Assembly: GCA_030167145.1 (NCBI GenBank)
Contig: CP126532.1
Span: 780,001 to 812,000, forward strand
DNA length: 32,000 nucleotides
DNA from: Ktedonobacterales bacterium
GTDB taxonomy: Bacteria; Chloroflexota; Ktedonobacteria; Ktedonobacterales; JADMIN01
Reading direction: 5' to 3'
A program made the translations under genes and the position numbers. The notes below the pieces were generated by a model. It was not told the origin of the DNA. It saw nothing but the letters and a program-made list of their open reading frames with translations, and ran no database searches. How positions within the stretch are numbered: the first letter of the stretch is position 1; every line of letters starts with the position of its first letter. This document shows, one piece after another, positions 1 to 7,593 of the stretch.

Positions 1-1647
1 ATTGGCTTCACGACCGTCGCCCAGGATGGGCGGTCCACGCTGTATGCCAGCGACCTCGCCAAGGGGTTCGAGATTCCGATTATTCATGTGAATGCGGACG
101 ACCCCGAAGCCTGTATCGCGGCGGTCCGGCTGGCGCATGCATATCGCCAGCGCTTCGGGCGTGACGTGCTGGTTGACCTGGTGGGCTACCGGCGTTGGGG
201 TCACAATGAGGGGGATGAACCGGCCTACACCCAACCGCTGCTCTATGCGGCTATCGAGGGGCACGCAAGGGTGCGGAAGCTCTATGCGGAGCGATTGCTG
301 GGTGATGGTGTGGTGAGCGCGGAAGAAGTCGAAGGGTGGCGCGAAGAGGTGCGCGAGCGGCTGCGGGCCGCACGGAAGACGCTGGAACACAACGGGCTGC
401 ATGAGGAACAAGCGCCGCTGCATGACTCGCCGCCACTGGTGGCGTTCTCCGCCAGCGTGGCAGAAGACGAGCTACGCGGCATCAACGAGGCGCTGCTAAC
501 GCGGCCTGAGGCTTTCACTGCGCATCGCAAGCTCGAAGGCACAATGCGGCGGCGACGCGAGGCGCTGGAGAAGGAGAACGGCATCGAGTGGGCGCACGCG
601 GAGGCGCTGGCTTTCGGGACGATTCTGGCCCAGGGCACGCCGATTCGCCTGACGGGGCAGGATGCCGAGCGCGGCACGTTCAGCCAGCGGCATCTGGTGC
701 TGCATGATGTGCGGACGGGCGAGGTATATACGCCGTTGCAGCATCTGCCACAGGCGCGCGCGGCGTTCGCGGTGTATAACAGTCCGCTTTCTGAGGCGGC
801 GGTGCTGGGCTTCGAATATGGCTATAGCGTGCATGCGCCGGACGCGCTGGTGCTGTGGGAGGCGCAGTTCGGCGATTTCGCCAATGCGGGACAGGTGTTG
901 ATTGACCAGTTCATCGCCGCCGCTCGCGCGAAGTGGCGTCAGACTCCGGGGCTGGCGCTGCTGCTGCCGCACGGCTATGAGGGGCAGGGGCCAGAACATT
1001 CGAGCGGGCGAATCGAGCGGTACTTGCAGCTTGCCGCCGAAGATAACTTGCGCGTGGCGAACTGCACGACGGCAGCGCAGTATTTTCACCTGCTGCGCGC
1101 GCAGGCGGCGTCGCTGGCCAGTGATCCGCGCCCGCTGGTGTTGCTGACGCCGAAGAGCCTGCTGCGGCATCCGCGTGCGGCATCGAGCCTGCGCGACCTG
1201 GCTGCGGGCCGGTTCCAGCCAGTGCTGGATGATCCCATTGCGACGAAGCGGCGCGGGCGCGTGGAGCGGCTGATACTGTGCAGCGGGAAGGTGGCGATAG
1301 ACTTCATAGGCGCCAACACGGAACAGAGCGGCGATGTGGCGCTGGCGCGGGTCGAGTTGCTGTATCCGTTCCCTGAACGCGAGCTACGCGAGGTGATGGC
1401 ACGGTATCCGAAGCTGCGCGAGGTGGTATGGATGCAGGAGGAGCCGCGCAACATGGGCGCGTGGACCTACATCGCGCCGCGCCTGCGCGAGATACTACCA
1501 GATGGTCTGGCGCTGCGCTATGTGGGACGGCCTGAGCGGGCGAGCACCGCCGAAGGGCTGGCAGAGGCGCATGCCGCCGAGCAGGCGCGCATATTGGAAG
1601 CGGCAGTCGCGGACGAGCGCGTCGCCGCGAGCGAAATACAGGGGTAA
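1..1647 (+). CDS. sucA: 2-oxoglutarate dehydrogenase E1 component, C-terminal ~548 aa (5' end outside window)
   Basis: Frame 1 is open from nt 1 ([37 protein letters not shown]) and runs into the listed 88..1647 ORF. E1o hallmarks are present: [42 protein letters not shown]. The E2 gene starts 5 nt downstream. Confidence 0.9.
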   Translation: MGFTTVAQDGRSTLYASDLAKGFEIPIIHVNADDPEACIAAVRLAHAYRQRFGRDVLVDLVGYRRWGHNEGDEPAYTQPLLYAAIEGHARVRKLYAERLLGDGVVSAEEVEGWREEVRERLRAARKTLEHNGLHEEQAPLHDSPPLVAFSASVAEDELRGINEALLTRPEAFTAHRKLEGTMRRRREALEKENGIEWAHAEALAFGTILAQGTPIRLTGQDAERGTFSQRHLVLHDVRTGEVYTPLQHLPQARAAFAVYNSPLSEAAVLGFEYGYSVHAPDALVLWEAQFGDFANAGQVLIDQFIAAARAKWRQTPGLALLLPHGYEGQGPEHSSGRIERYLQLAAEDNLRVANCTTAAQYFHLLRAQAASLASDPRPLVLLTPKSLLRHPRAASSLRDLAAGRFQPVLDDPIATKRRGRVERLILCSGKVAIDFIGANTEQSGDVALARVELLYPFPERELREVMARYPKLREVVWMQEEPRNMGAWTYIAPRLREILPDGLALRYVGRPERASTAEGLAEAHAAEQARILEAAVADERVAASEIQG

Positions 1648-1652
1648 CGCAG

Positions 1653-2957
1653 ATGTCCGCAGATGTGATTGTGCCGCAGCTAGGCGAGTCTATCGTCGAG
1701 GCGACGGTGGGCCGTTGGATGAAGAATGAGGGCGATAGCGTCACCGAAGGTGAGTCGCTGGTGGAGCTGGAGACCGAGAAGGTGAATATGGAGGTTCCCT
1801 CGCCTGGCTCCGGTGTGCTACAAACTATCACCAAGCATGAGGGCGACACGGTGGCGGTGGGCGAGGTGATCGCGGTGCTGGCGGAAGGTGGGCAGGCGAG
1901 CGCGACGCAGCCAGTGGCGACGGCAGGCAGCGCCAGCGCAGAGTGGACGGCGGCGGTTGCGCCCGTAGCTGCGGTCGCGGGGGCACGAGCGACGCCGCTG
2001 GCACAGCGCATGGCAGAGAAGCAGGGGATTGATCTGGGGCAGGTGCGCGGCACGGGCGCTGATGGGCGCATCACGCAAGATGACGTGGCGGCGTATATGA
2101 AGCGACGCGAGAATGGGGCATCTGCTGCTGCGCCTATCGCGACCGTGCCGACGGTCGCGCCGATGCAGCCGCAGCCAGCAGCGCGGCCCGCGCCAGTGTT
2201 GCAGCCTGCACCGGCAATCCAATTCCCGCCGGAGATGATGCCCGCTACGGCAGCCGGACGGCGGGAAGAGCGGGTGCGGATGTCGCGCCGCCGCCAGACG
2301 ATTGCGCGGCGGCTGGTGGAGGCGCAGCGCACCGCCGCGATGCTGACGACGTTCAATGAGGTGGATATGTCGGCGGTGATGGAGTTGCGGCAGCGCAGGC
2401 GCGAAGCGTTCAAGGAGCGGCACGGCGTTGGGCTGGGCTTCATGTCGTTCTTCACGCGGGCGGTGATCGGCGCGCTGAAGGCGTATCCGCGCCTGAATGC
2501 GGAGATTCAGGGCGATGAGATGGTGCTGAAGCACTACTATGACATCGGCATCGCGGTTTCCACTGAGGAAGGGTTGGTGGTGCCGGTGCTGCGTGACGCG
2601 GACCGCATGAGCTTCGCGGAGATCGAGCAGGGCATTGCGGGGCTGGCGCGCAAGGCGCGGGAGAGGACGCTGACGCTGGATGAGCTACAGGGCGGGACGT
2701 TCACGATCACCAATGGCGGCACGTTCGGTTCGCTGCTCTCCACACCGATTCTGAATGCGCCGCAGGTGGGCATCCTGGGGATGCACAAAATTGAGGAACG
2801 GCCTATCGCGCTGAAGGGGCAGGTGGTGATCCACCCGATGATGTATCTGGCGGTCTCGTATGACCACCGCATTGTGGATGGGGCGGAGGCGGTCGGGTTT
2901 CTGGTGCGGGTGAAGGAGTTGCTCGAAGACCCGGAGACGCTGCTGCTGGAGGGGTAG
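1653..2957 (+). CDS. sucB: dihydrolipoyllysine-residue succinyltransferase (2-oxoglutarate dehydrogenase E2)
   Basis: The 434-aa ORF has an N-terminal lipoyl domain ([16 protein letters not shown]), Ala/Pro-rich linkers and a peripheral subunit-binding domain ([33 protein letters not shown]). The catalytic domain carries [12 protein letters not shown]. Confidence 0.92.
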   Translation: MSADVIVPQLGESIVEATVGRWMKNEGDSVTEGESLVELETEKVNMEVPSPGSGVLQTITKHEGDTVAVGEVIAVLAEGGQASATQPVATAGSASAEWTAAVAPVAAVAGARATPLAQRMAEKQGIDLGQVRGTGADGRITQDDVAAYMKRRENGASAAAPIATVPTVAPMQPQPAARPAPVLQPAPAIQFPPEMMPATAAGRREERVRMSRRRQTIARRLVEAQRTAAMLTTFNEVDMSAVMELRQRRREAFKERHGVGLGFMSFFTRAVIGALKAYPRLNAEIQGDEMVLKHYYDIGIAVSTEEGLVVPVLRDADRMSFAEIEQGIAGLARKARERTLTLDELQGGTFTITNGGTFGSLLSTPILNAPQVGILGMHKIEERPIALKGQVVIHPMMYLAVSYDHRIVDGAEAVGFLVRVKELLEDPETLLLEG

Positions 2958-2958
2958 G

Positions 2959-3036
2959 AGGAGCGGGCGTCCACCGTGCCAGGAGGGCGTCCACCGTGCC
3001 AGGAGGGCGTCCACCGTGCCAGGAGGGCGTCCACCC
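2959..3036 (+). repeat. 20-bp tandem direct repeat, ~3.5-3.9 copies (unit GGCGTCCACCGTGCCAGGAG)
   Basis: Three identical head-to-tail copies lie at 2966-2985, 2986-3005 and 3006-3025. A degenerate partial copy precedes them (2959-2965) and a truncated copy follows (3026-3036). The array starts just after the sucB TAG (2955-2957). Confidence 0.95.
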
Positions 3037-3088
3037 GACGCCCCTACACGGCCTGCGGCCAGGAAACCCGGCGTCGCGGGTTAGGATC

Positions 3089-3116
3089 GTGCTCCGGCAA
3101 TAGATGGCCGGAGCAC
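3089..3116. terminator. strong hairpin between convergent sucB and membrane-protein genes (possible bidirectional terminator, no U-tract)
   Basis: GTGCTCCGGC (3089-3098) and GCCGGAGCAC (3107-3116) form a perfect 10-bp GC-rich stem with an 8-nt loop AATAGATG. No T-run follows on either strand. Confidence 0.35.
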
Positions 3117-3193
3117 AGCAGCGGCGGCATACAAGTCGCGACTCATGCTACGCGAGGGAACGGTGGGTGGCGAGGTGGGTGATGGGGCGAGTT

Positions 3194-3211
3194 CTCGGCA
3201 TGCATGCCGAG
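3194..3211. repeat. perfect 18-bp palindrome CTCGGCATGCATGCCGAG
   Basis: The sequence is exactly self-complementary. It sits in the 335-bp non-coding spacer between sucB and the minus-strand membrane gene. Confidence 0.9.
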
Positions 3212-3292
3212 GCTAATCCCGCAATGGTGATATGCGACATATTTGCCGCGCGGTACTCTTGGTGTGGCGCGTGCTGCGAATGCACTAGCGGC

Positions 3293-3844
3293 TCAGAATC
3301 TGTTGGTGTCATCGGGCTTTATAGCCTCGTTGTGGGCGCGGGAGAGAGGCGGTTCTCTGCCGAGGATGCCGCCGAGGGCGCCGAAGGCGGCGCTGGCGAG
3401 CAGGCCGGTCACGCAGCTTTGCAGCACCATCTGGGATTCTCGGTTGAGTAGAGTGTTGGGAGTGTAGATGGTGAGGTCGCCGCTGAGGGCGGCGGCTTGT
3501 TGCGCCCAGGTGAGATAGGCGCCGATGTAGGCATGAACCAGCCACAGGTCCACTGCGGCGCCGATGCCCAGGCTGATGAGCGCGGCGAGGATGGCGGCCA
3601 GCAGCGCGCTGGCAACGCTGCCGCCGCGCCTGGCGGTGCGGTAGCCCGCGAGCAAGAAGACCAACGCCGCCAGGATGATCGCGGCGATGGAGACGTAGGG
3701 GTTGTGATAGCGAATCTTCGCGACTGCGGCCACACAGAGCGCTATCGCGAGCGGCACGCCGAAGAGCACACCGTTGAATAACGCGGGATGGGTCGCCGTC
3801 GTGTGTCGTGCGCTGCTGCGCGCTGTCACCATCTTCCTGTCCAT
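3293..3844 (-). CDS. hypothetical 4-TM membrane protein (paralog of the upstream gene 4001..4732)
   Basis: The ORF is open to GTG 3937. I prefer ATG 3844, which has GGAGGAG ~12 nt upstream, because a terminator-like hairpin lies at 3949-3975 and GTG 3937 has no SD. ATG 3865 and 3832 are alternatives. There are four hydrophobic segments. The motifs GYRTARRGGSV and FGALGGILGRE mirror GIPPARQSGRV and LGALGGLVGKG in the neighbour. Confidence 0.6.
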   Translation of the reverse strand: MDRKMVTARSSARHTTATHPALFNGVLFGVPLAIALCVAAVAKIRYHNPYVSIAAIILAALVFLLAGYRTARRGGSVASALLAAILAALISLGIGAAVDLWLVHAYIGAYLTWAQQAAALSGDLTIYTPNTLLNRESQMVLQSCVTGLLASAAFGALGGILGREPPLSRAHNEAIKPDDTNRF

Positions 3845-3948
3845 GCGCCGCACTCTCCTCCACATGGCTCCAGCCTGTATCGGTGATGTCGCGCCAGATA
3901 CTCGTGGGGGTATGCGAGGGGACTCAGCAACCGCCACGAGTAAGAGAA

Positions 3949-3975
3949 TGCGCCTGGAATGAAGTGTTCCAGGCG
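3949..3975 (-). terminator. intrinsic-terminator-like hairpin 25 nt downstream of the 4001..4732 gene
   Basis: GCGCCTGGAA and TTCCAGGCGC form a perfect 10-bp stem with a 7-nt loop. On the minus strand the stem is followed by AUUCUCUU. Confidence 0.5.
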
Positions 3976-4000
3976 CTGCTGTGTGCGCTCGATGTGCGCG

Positions 4001-4732
4001 CTATTGCTGTGGTGGATTTTGCGGGGGGTACTGCGGCTGTGGGAAGTTGCCTGCCTGCCCTGGCATCATCGTGCGCGGCGGATAGTCGCCGGGCATCGGC
4101 TGCGCGCCCGGAGGGGGTGGCGGAGGTGGATATGCGCCGGGCTGGCCCGGATATGGGGGTGGTGGAGGCGGATACATGCCGGGCTGAGGTGGCATGCCCT
4201 GGTACAGCGCTTCCTGGTAGGCCTGCACGGGGCCCTTGTACTGGCCCTTGCCGACCAGGCCGCCGAGCGCACCGAGGCCAGCGCCGAAGCCGCCCCAGAT
4301 CACAAGGCCAAAAACTGCGCCTATGATAGCACTTATCAACGTGGTTGTAGTGGTAGCAGTAGACCCTCCAAATGTGGAAGGCATAGTAATCGGGTCAACC
4401 ACGTTGAGGATAATGGTGACGATGCCATTCACGATTGCGCCACCAGCGCCCGCGATGAGGCCGCTGAAAGTGCCCTGCACAACTCGTCCGCTCTGCCGAG
4501 CTGGCGGTATACCCGAGATGAACAGGATGGCGAGATCGATCAGAAATCCGCCACACGCGAGCAATAGTATCGGGCCAGCCGCTTGAGCAATCCGGGTGGT
4601 ATCACCGCTGGAAAGCAGGCTACCAAAGGCGAGGCGTGTGATCAGCGAACTGATAATCCCGAGGGCAGCAAAAATGCCCCCGAAGATGAGTCCCCAGCGG
4701 ACCGCTGGATTGCCCGATGTTTGCTGTGGCAT
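4001..4732 (-). CDS. hypothetical 4-TM Gly-rich membrane protein with 64-aa proline-rich C-terminal tail
   Basis: ATG 4732 is preceded by GGAGG 4 nt upstream. The ORF is 243 aa with four hydrophobic/Gly-rich segments. The tail is PPQPGMYPPPPPPYPGQPGAYPPPPPPPGAQPMPGDYPP...PQPQYPPQNPPQQ (nt 4004-4195). Confidence 0.75.
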   Translation of the reverse strand: MPQQTSGNPAVRWGLIFGGIFAALGIISSLITRLAFGSLLSSGDTTRIAQAAGPILLLACGGFLIDLAILFISGIPPARQSGRVVQGTFSGLIAGAGGAIVNGIVTIILNVVDPITMPSTFGGSTATTTTTLISAIIGAVFGLVIWGGFGAGLGALGGLVGKGQYKGPVQAYQEALYQGMPPQPGMYPPPPPPYPGQPGAYPPPPPPPGAQPMPGDYPPRTMMPGQAGNFPQPQYPPQNPPQQ

Positions 4733-4754
4733 ACATCCTCCACGATGAACAGCA

Positions 4755-4775
4755 GAGAGAGCACAGTGCTCTCTC
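4755..4775. repeat. perfect 21-bp palindrome GAGAGAGCAC-A-GTGCTCTCTC in the leader of gene 4001..4732
   Basis: The two 10-bp arms are exactly complementary around one central base. The palindrome ends 14 nt upstream of the SD of the minus-strand gene. Confidence 0.9.
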
Positions 4776-4792
4776 GCGTATATGACGCCTGA

Positions 4793-4821
4793 ATGATGCG
4801 CTACTTTTCATGCTGTGGCAA
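4793..4821 (-). promoter_or_regulatory. putative sigma70-type promoter for gene 4001..4732
   Basis: The minus strand reads TTGCCA (4821-4816), a 17-nt spacer, then CATCAT (4798-4793). This places the 21-bp palindrome just downstream of the predicted start site. Confidence 0.3.
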
Positions 4822-4953
4822 GAGCCATTAGGTTGAGACATCAGGAACAGGGTGAGCGCCACGATTGATGTACGTGCGTGCCTGACCGTTGGTTTCGCGC
4901 ATTTCGCGCACGACGTAGGCAAAGTGATTCCTGACGCAATTGTCAGTCTATCT

Positions 4954-4981
4954 TTGCGATTCAGCCAAAAGCTGATACAAT
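4954..4981 (+). promoter_or_regulatory. putative sigma70-type promoter with extended -10 for the orphan response regulator
   Basis: TTGCGA (4954-4959), a 16-nt spacer, then TACAAT (4976-4981) preceded by TGA (TGnTACAAT). Confidence 0.4.
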
Positions 4982-5141
4982 GCAGGGGTGCGGGGCACGA
5001 GAGCGTTGTGGAGTGGGGTGGTAGCTGGACGAGGGGAGGGCGTAGCGCGGAGATGTCCCCATAGGTGGGTCGCGCCTACATATGTAGTTGGCGCTGAAAC
5101 CCATCTGGTTATCGGAGACATCAGCGGAGGTCAGCCCGCGC

Positions 5142-5624
5142 ATGGATTCTCTCCAGAACGACGATGAGTATGCGGGACGTGCCGACGGCTCGGACATGGT
5201 ACACGATACGGTTCCCTATGACTCGCCGCTGCTTGGCGCGCCACTGGCGCGCGGGGCGATTCTGATCGCGGAGAACGAAGCGAACAACCGGCTGCTGATG
5301 GAGCAGATTTTGCGCATGCACGGCTATCAATGCCTTACTGCTAGCAATGGTCTCGAAGTGTTGGATTTGCTGAATCATCATCGTGTGGATTGTGTGTTGA
5401 TTGATCTTTCGATGCCGGTGCTGGATGGATACCGCACGACGGAGCTTATTCGCCAGCGTCCCGACTGCGCGGACCTGCCGGTGGTGGCGGTGACGGCGCA
5501 TGCGATGAGCGAGGACCGCGACCTGGCACTCAACTCTGGATGCACGGATTACCTCGCCAAGCCGTTTCGCCAGCAAGAACTGCTGCGCATCGTCGAACGG
5601 ATGCTCCAACGCGAGCACGCCTGA
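5142..5624 (+). CDS. single-domain response regulator (CheY-like receiver) with ~35-aa N-terminal extension
   Basis: Receiver motifs are present: ILIAENEANN (beta1), VLIDLSMPVLDG (phospho-Asp), VVAVTAHA, YLAKPF. ATG 5142 has GGAGG 11 nt upstream. The listed TTG 5088 overlaps a leader palindrome and lacks an SD. ATG 5196 is an alternative. Confidence 0.85.
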   Translation: MDSLQNDDEYAGRADGSDMVHDTVPYDSPLLGAPLARGAILIAENEANNRLLMEQILRMHGYQCLTASNGLEVLDLLNHHRVDCVLIDLSMPVLDGYRTTELIRQRPDCADLPVVAVTAHAMSEDRDLALNSGCTDYLAKPFRQQELLRIVERMLQREHA

Positions 5625-5654
5625 ACGAACTTCGTCGCCAACTCCTACTCTTGC

Positions 5655-5683
5655 TTACGCGCTTGCGCCACCTCTGCTACAAT
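5655..5683 (+). promoter_or_regulatory. putative sigma70-type promoter with extended -10 for pepA
   Basis: TTACGC (5655-5660), a 17-nt spacer, then TACAAT (5678-5683) preceded by TGC (TGnTACAAT). Confidence 0.4.
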
Positions 5684-5777
5684 GAACGCAGATGTGTATT
5701 CGGTGGAGTGATACCTACCTCCCCGATACATGCGGAAGTTGGGATATTCCACGTCAGTAGAGAAAGCACAGGCGACA

Positions 5778-7313
5778 ATGGAAGTTGGCGTAAGCACGCG
5801 GGATGTGCAGCAATTCGATGGCGACGCGGTGGCTGTGGGTGTCTTTTCGGATGACGCTGAGGTGCAGGGACCCGCGGCAACCCTCGACAAGGCGATGGCG
5901 GGCGTGATTTCGCAGCTTCGCGCCAGCGGCGAAATCACTGGCACTGCTGGTGAGGTGACGCTGATTCACACGCTAGGCAAGATCGAACCGGAGCGGGTGG
6001 CGATTCTTGGCCTTGGCCCGCGCAAACGTTTCACGGCTGATCGCGTGCGGAGGGCTGCGGCTATCGCGAGCCGCGCGCTTCGCAAGGCGGGGGCGAAGCG
6101 AGTGGGGCTGGCGCTGGCGTGGGCTGAGTCGGGCGTGAATCTGGCGCAGGCTGCGCGTGCCGCCGCTGAGGGCGCATTGCTGGGCCTCTATGCGTTCGAT
6201 GTGTATAAGGCGAAGAAGAACGGCGGCAACGGCGGCAACGAAGGCGCGTGCAAAGAGATCGAAGCGCTGACGATTCTGGGCCGGGGCCGCGAGCCTGCGC
6301 TGCGCAGCGCCGTGGAGCGGGGACGCATTCTTGCCGAAGCAACGAACTTTGCCCGCGACCTGGGCAATGAGCCACCCAACGTGCTCTCGCCGGAGGAGTT
6401 GGCGAACCGCGCGCGCCGCATGGCCGAAGAGACGGGCCTGGAGTGCGAGATCTTTGGTCAGAAAGAGATGGAAAAGCAGGGTATGGGCGCGCTGTTGGGC
6501 GTGGCGCAGGGGAGCGAGCGCGAGCCGCGTTTCATCATTCTGCGCTGGCGCGGCGGGCGCAAGGGCGAGCCAGGGCCGGCCTTCGTGGGCAAAGGTATCA
6601 CCTTCGATACTGGGGGCATTTCGATCAAGCCTGCCGAAGGCATGCAGGCGATGAAGATGGATATGTGCGGTGGTGCGGCGGTGATTGGCGCGATGCGCGC
6701 GATTGCGCTGCTCAAGCCGGCGATCAATGTGACGGGAATCGTGCCAACAACCGAGAACATGCCGGGTGGGAATGCGTACCGGCCCGGCGATATTCTGCGC
6801 GCGTCCAACGGCAAGACCATCGAAATCGTGAATACCGATGCGGAGGGGCGCTTGATCCTGGCCGATGCGCTGTCTTACGCGGTGAAGCATCAGCATACAC
6901 CTATCGTGGACGCGGCAACGCTGACAGGGGCGTGTGTGATCGCGCTGGGGCATGTGCGCGCGGGGCTGTATAGCAACGATGAGACGCTGCAGCGGGCAAT
7001 TATGGCCGCCTCGGAGACGGCGGGCGAGAAGTACTGGCCGATGCCGATGGATGAGGAGTACGAAGCGCAGATTGCCAGCGAGGTGGCGGATGTGAAGCAG
7101 ACCGGCGGGCGTCCGGCTGGCTCGATCACGGCGGCGAAGGTGCTGGAAAACTTTGTGGCGGAGACGCCGTGGGCACATATGGACATCGCGGGGGTCAACG
7201 ATAGCGAGAAGCGCGATGCCGCAAGCGACCCCGGAGCGACGGGCTTCGCTGTGCGGACGTTTGCGGAACTGGCGATGCAGCTTGCCGACCGGAATGGCAC
7301 AAGCGCGCGCTAG
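5778..7313 (+). CDS. pepA: leucyl aminopeptidase, M17 family
   Basis: Motifs VGKGITFDTGGISIKP, NTDAEGRLILADAL and the MDIAG region are present. ATG 5778 (MEVGVSTRDVQQFDGDAVAVGVF) fits the usual M17 N-terminus. The ORF is open from ATG 5730, which is an alternative start. Confidence 0.9.
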   Translation: MEVGVSTRDVQQFDGDAVAVGVFSDDAEVQGPAATLDKAMAGVISQLRASGEITGTAGEVTLIHTLGKIEPERVAILGLGPRKRFTADRVRRAAAIASRALRKAGAKRVGLALAWAESGVNLAQAARAAAEGALLGLYAFDVYKAKKNGGNGGNEGACKEIEALTILGRGREPALRSAVERGRILAEATNFARDLGNEPPNVLSPEELANRARRMAEETGLECEIFGQKEMEKQGMGALLGVAQGSEREPRFIILRWRGGRKGEPGPAFVGKGITFDTGGISIKPAEGMQAMKMDMCGGAAVIGAMRAIALLKPAINVTGIVPTTENMPGGNAYRPGDILRASNGKTIEIVNTDAEGRLILADALSYAVKHQHTPIVDAATLTGACVIALGHVRAGLYSNDETLQRAIMAASETAGEKYWPMPMDEEYEAQIASEVADVKQTGGRPAGSITAAKVLENFVAETPWAHMDIAGVNDSEKRDAASDPGATGFAVRTFAELAMQLADRNGTSAR

Positions 7314-7340
7314 GTGCTGAGCGCATAGTTCGGCGCATAG

Positions 7341-7381
7341 AGGGAAGGGTGTTACCTGACGGTGCGCTCTTCCCTATTTTT
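7341..7381 (+). terminator. rho-independent terminator of pepA
   Basis: AGGGAAG (7341-7347) pairs with CTTCCCT (7369-7375). The stem extends inward through G-U and G-C pairs to a TGAC tetraloop. TTTTT follows at 7377-7381. Confidence 0.6.
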
Positions 7382-7433
7382 GTGCTGGTGAGGGGTGAGG
7401 CTGGCGTAAAGCCACGCGACAGGCGAGGCTGGC

Positions 7434-7493
7434 AGACAGGAATGTCCGCCCTACCAACAGAGACAGGAATGTCCGCCCTACCAACAGAGACAG
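7434..7493 (+). repeat. 27-bp tandem direct repeat, 2 perfect copies plus a partial third (unit AGACAGGAATGTCCGCCCTACCAACAG)
   Basis: Copies at 7434-7460 and 7461-7487 are identical. AGACAG recurs at 7488 and then diverges. With its left flank, copy 1 forms GGCAGACA-GGAA-TGTCCGCC (7431-7450), an 8-bp stem with one mismatch and a GGAA loop. Confidence 0.95.
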
Positions 7494-7593
7494 AATGGAA
7501 AGACGCCGCGCGGTGGTGGTAGAGTGATGCGCGCGTGGCATTCTCTGCGGTAAAATCAGGTGTGGTATGCGGAATGAAAGGGAACGGGAGACG

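Noticed and set aside
2959-3036. The tandem repeats here and at 7434-7493, considered as a possible CRISPR array.
   Set aside because: The copies are directly adjacent with no spacers. There are only 2-3.5 units, and no cas genes are in the window.
2976-3182. A 68-aa plus-strand ORF starting at a GTG inside the 20-bp repeat. Each repeat unit offers AGGAGG plus a GTG 9 nt downstream.
   Set aside because: The product is Arg/Gly-rich low complexity. The start context is an artefact of the repeat. The ORF runs through hairpins and a palindrome in a convergent intergenic spacer.
4852-5064. A 70-aa plus-strand ORF in the divergent promoter region.
   Set aside because: It has a GTG start with no spacing from a purine run. 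It contains the predicted response-regulator promoter and has no recognisable features.
6219-6245. A short in-frame repeat, AACGGCGGCAACGGCGGCAAC (KKNGGNGGNEG), inside pepA.
   Set aside because: This is a tiny codon-level duplication in a surface linker of the N-terminal domain, with no further structure.
7494-7593. A Moco riboswitch upstream of moaD.
   Set aside because: I could not find the conserved Moco-motif elements I remember, and the available leader is short. Only a covariance-model search (Rfam RF01055) could settle it.
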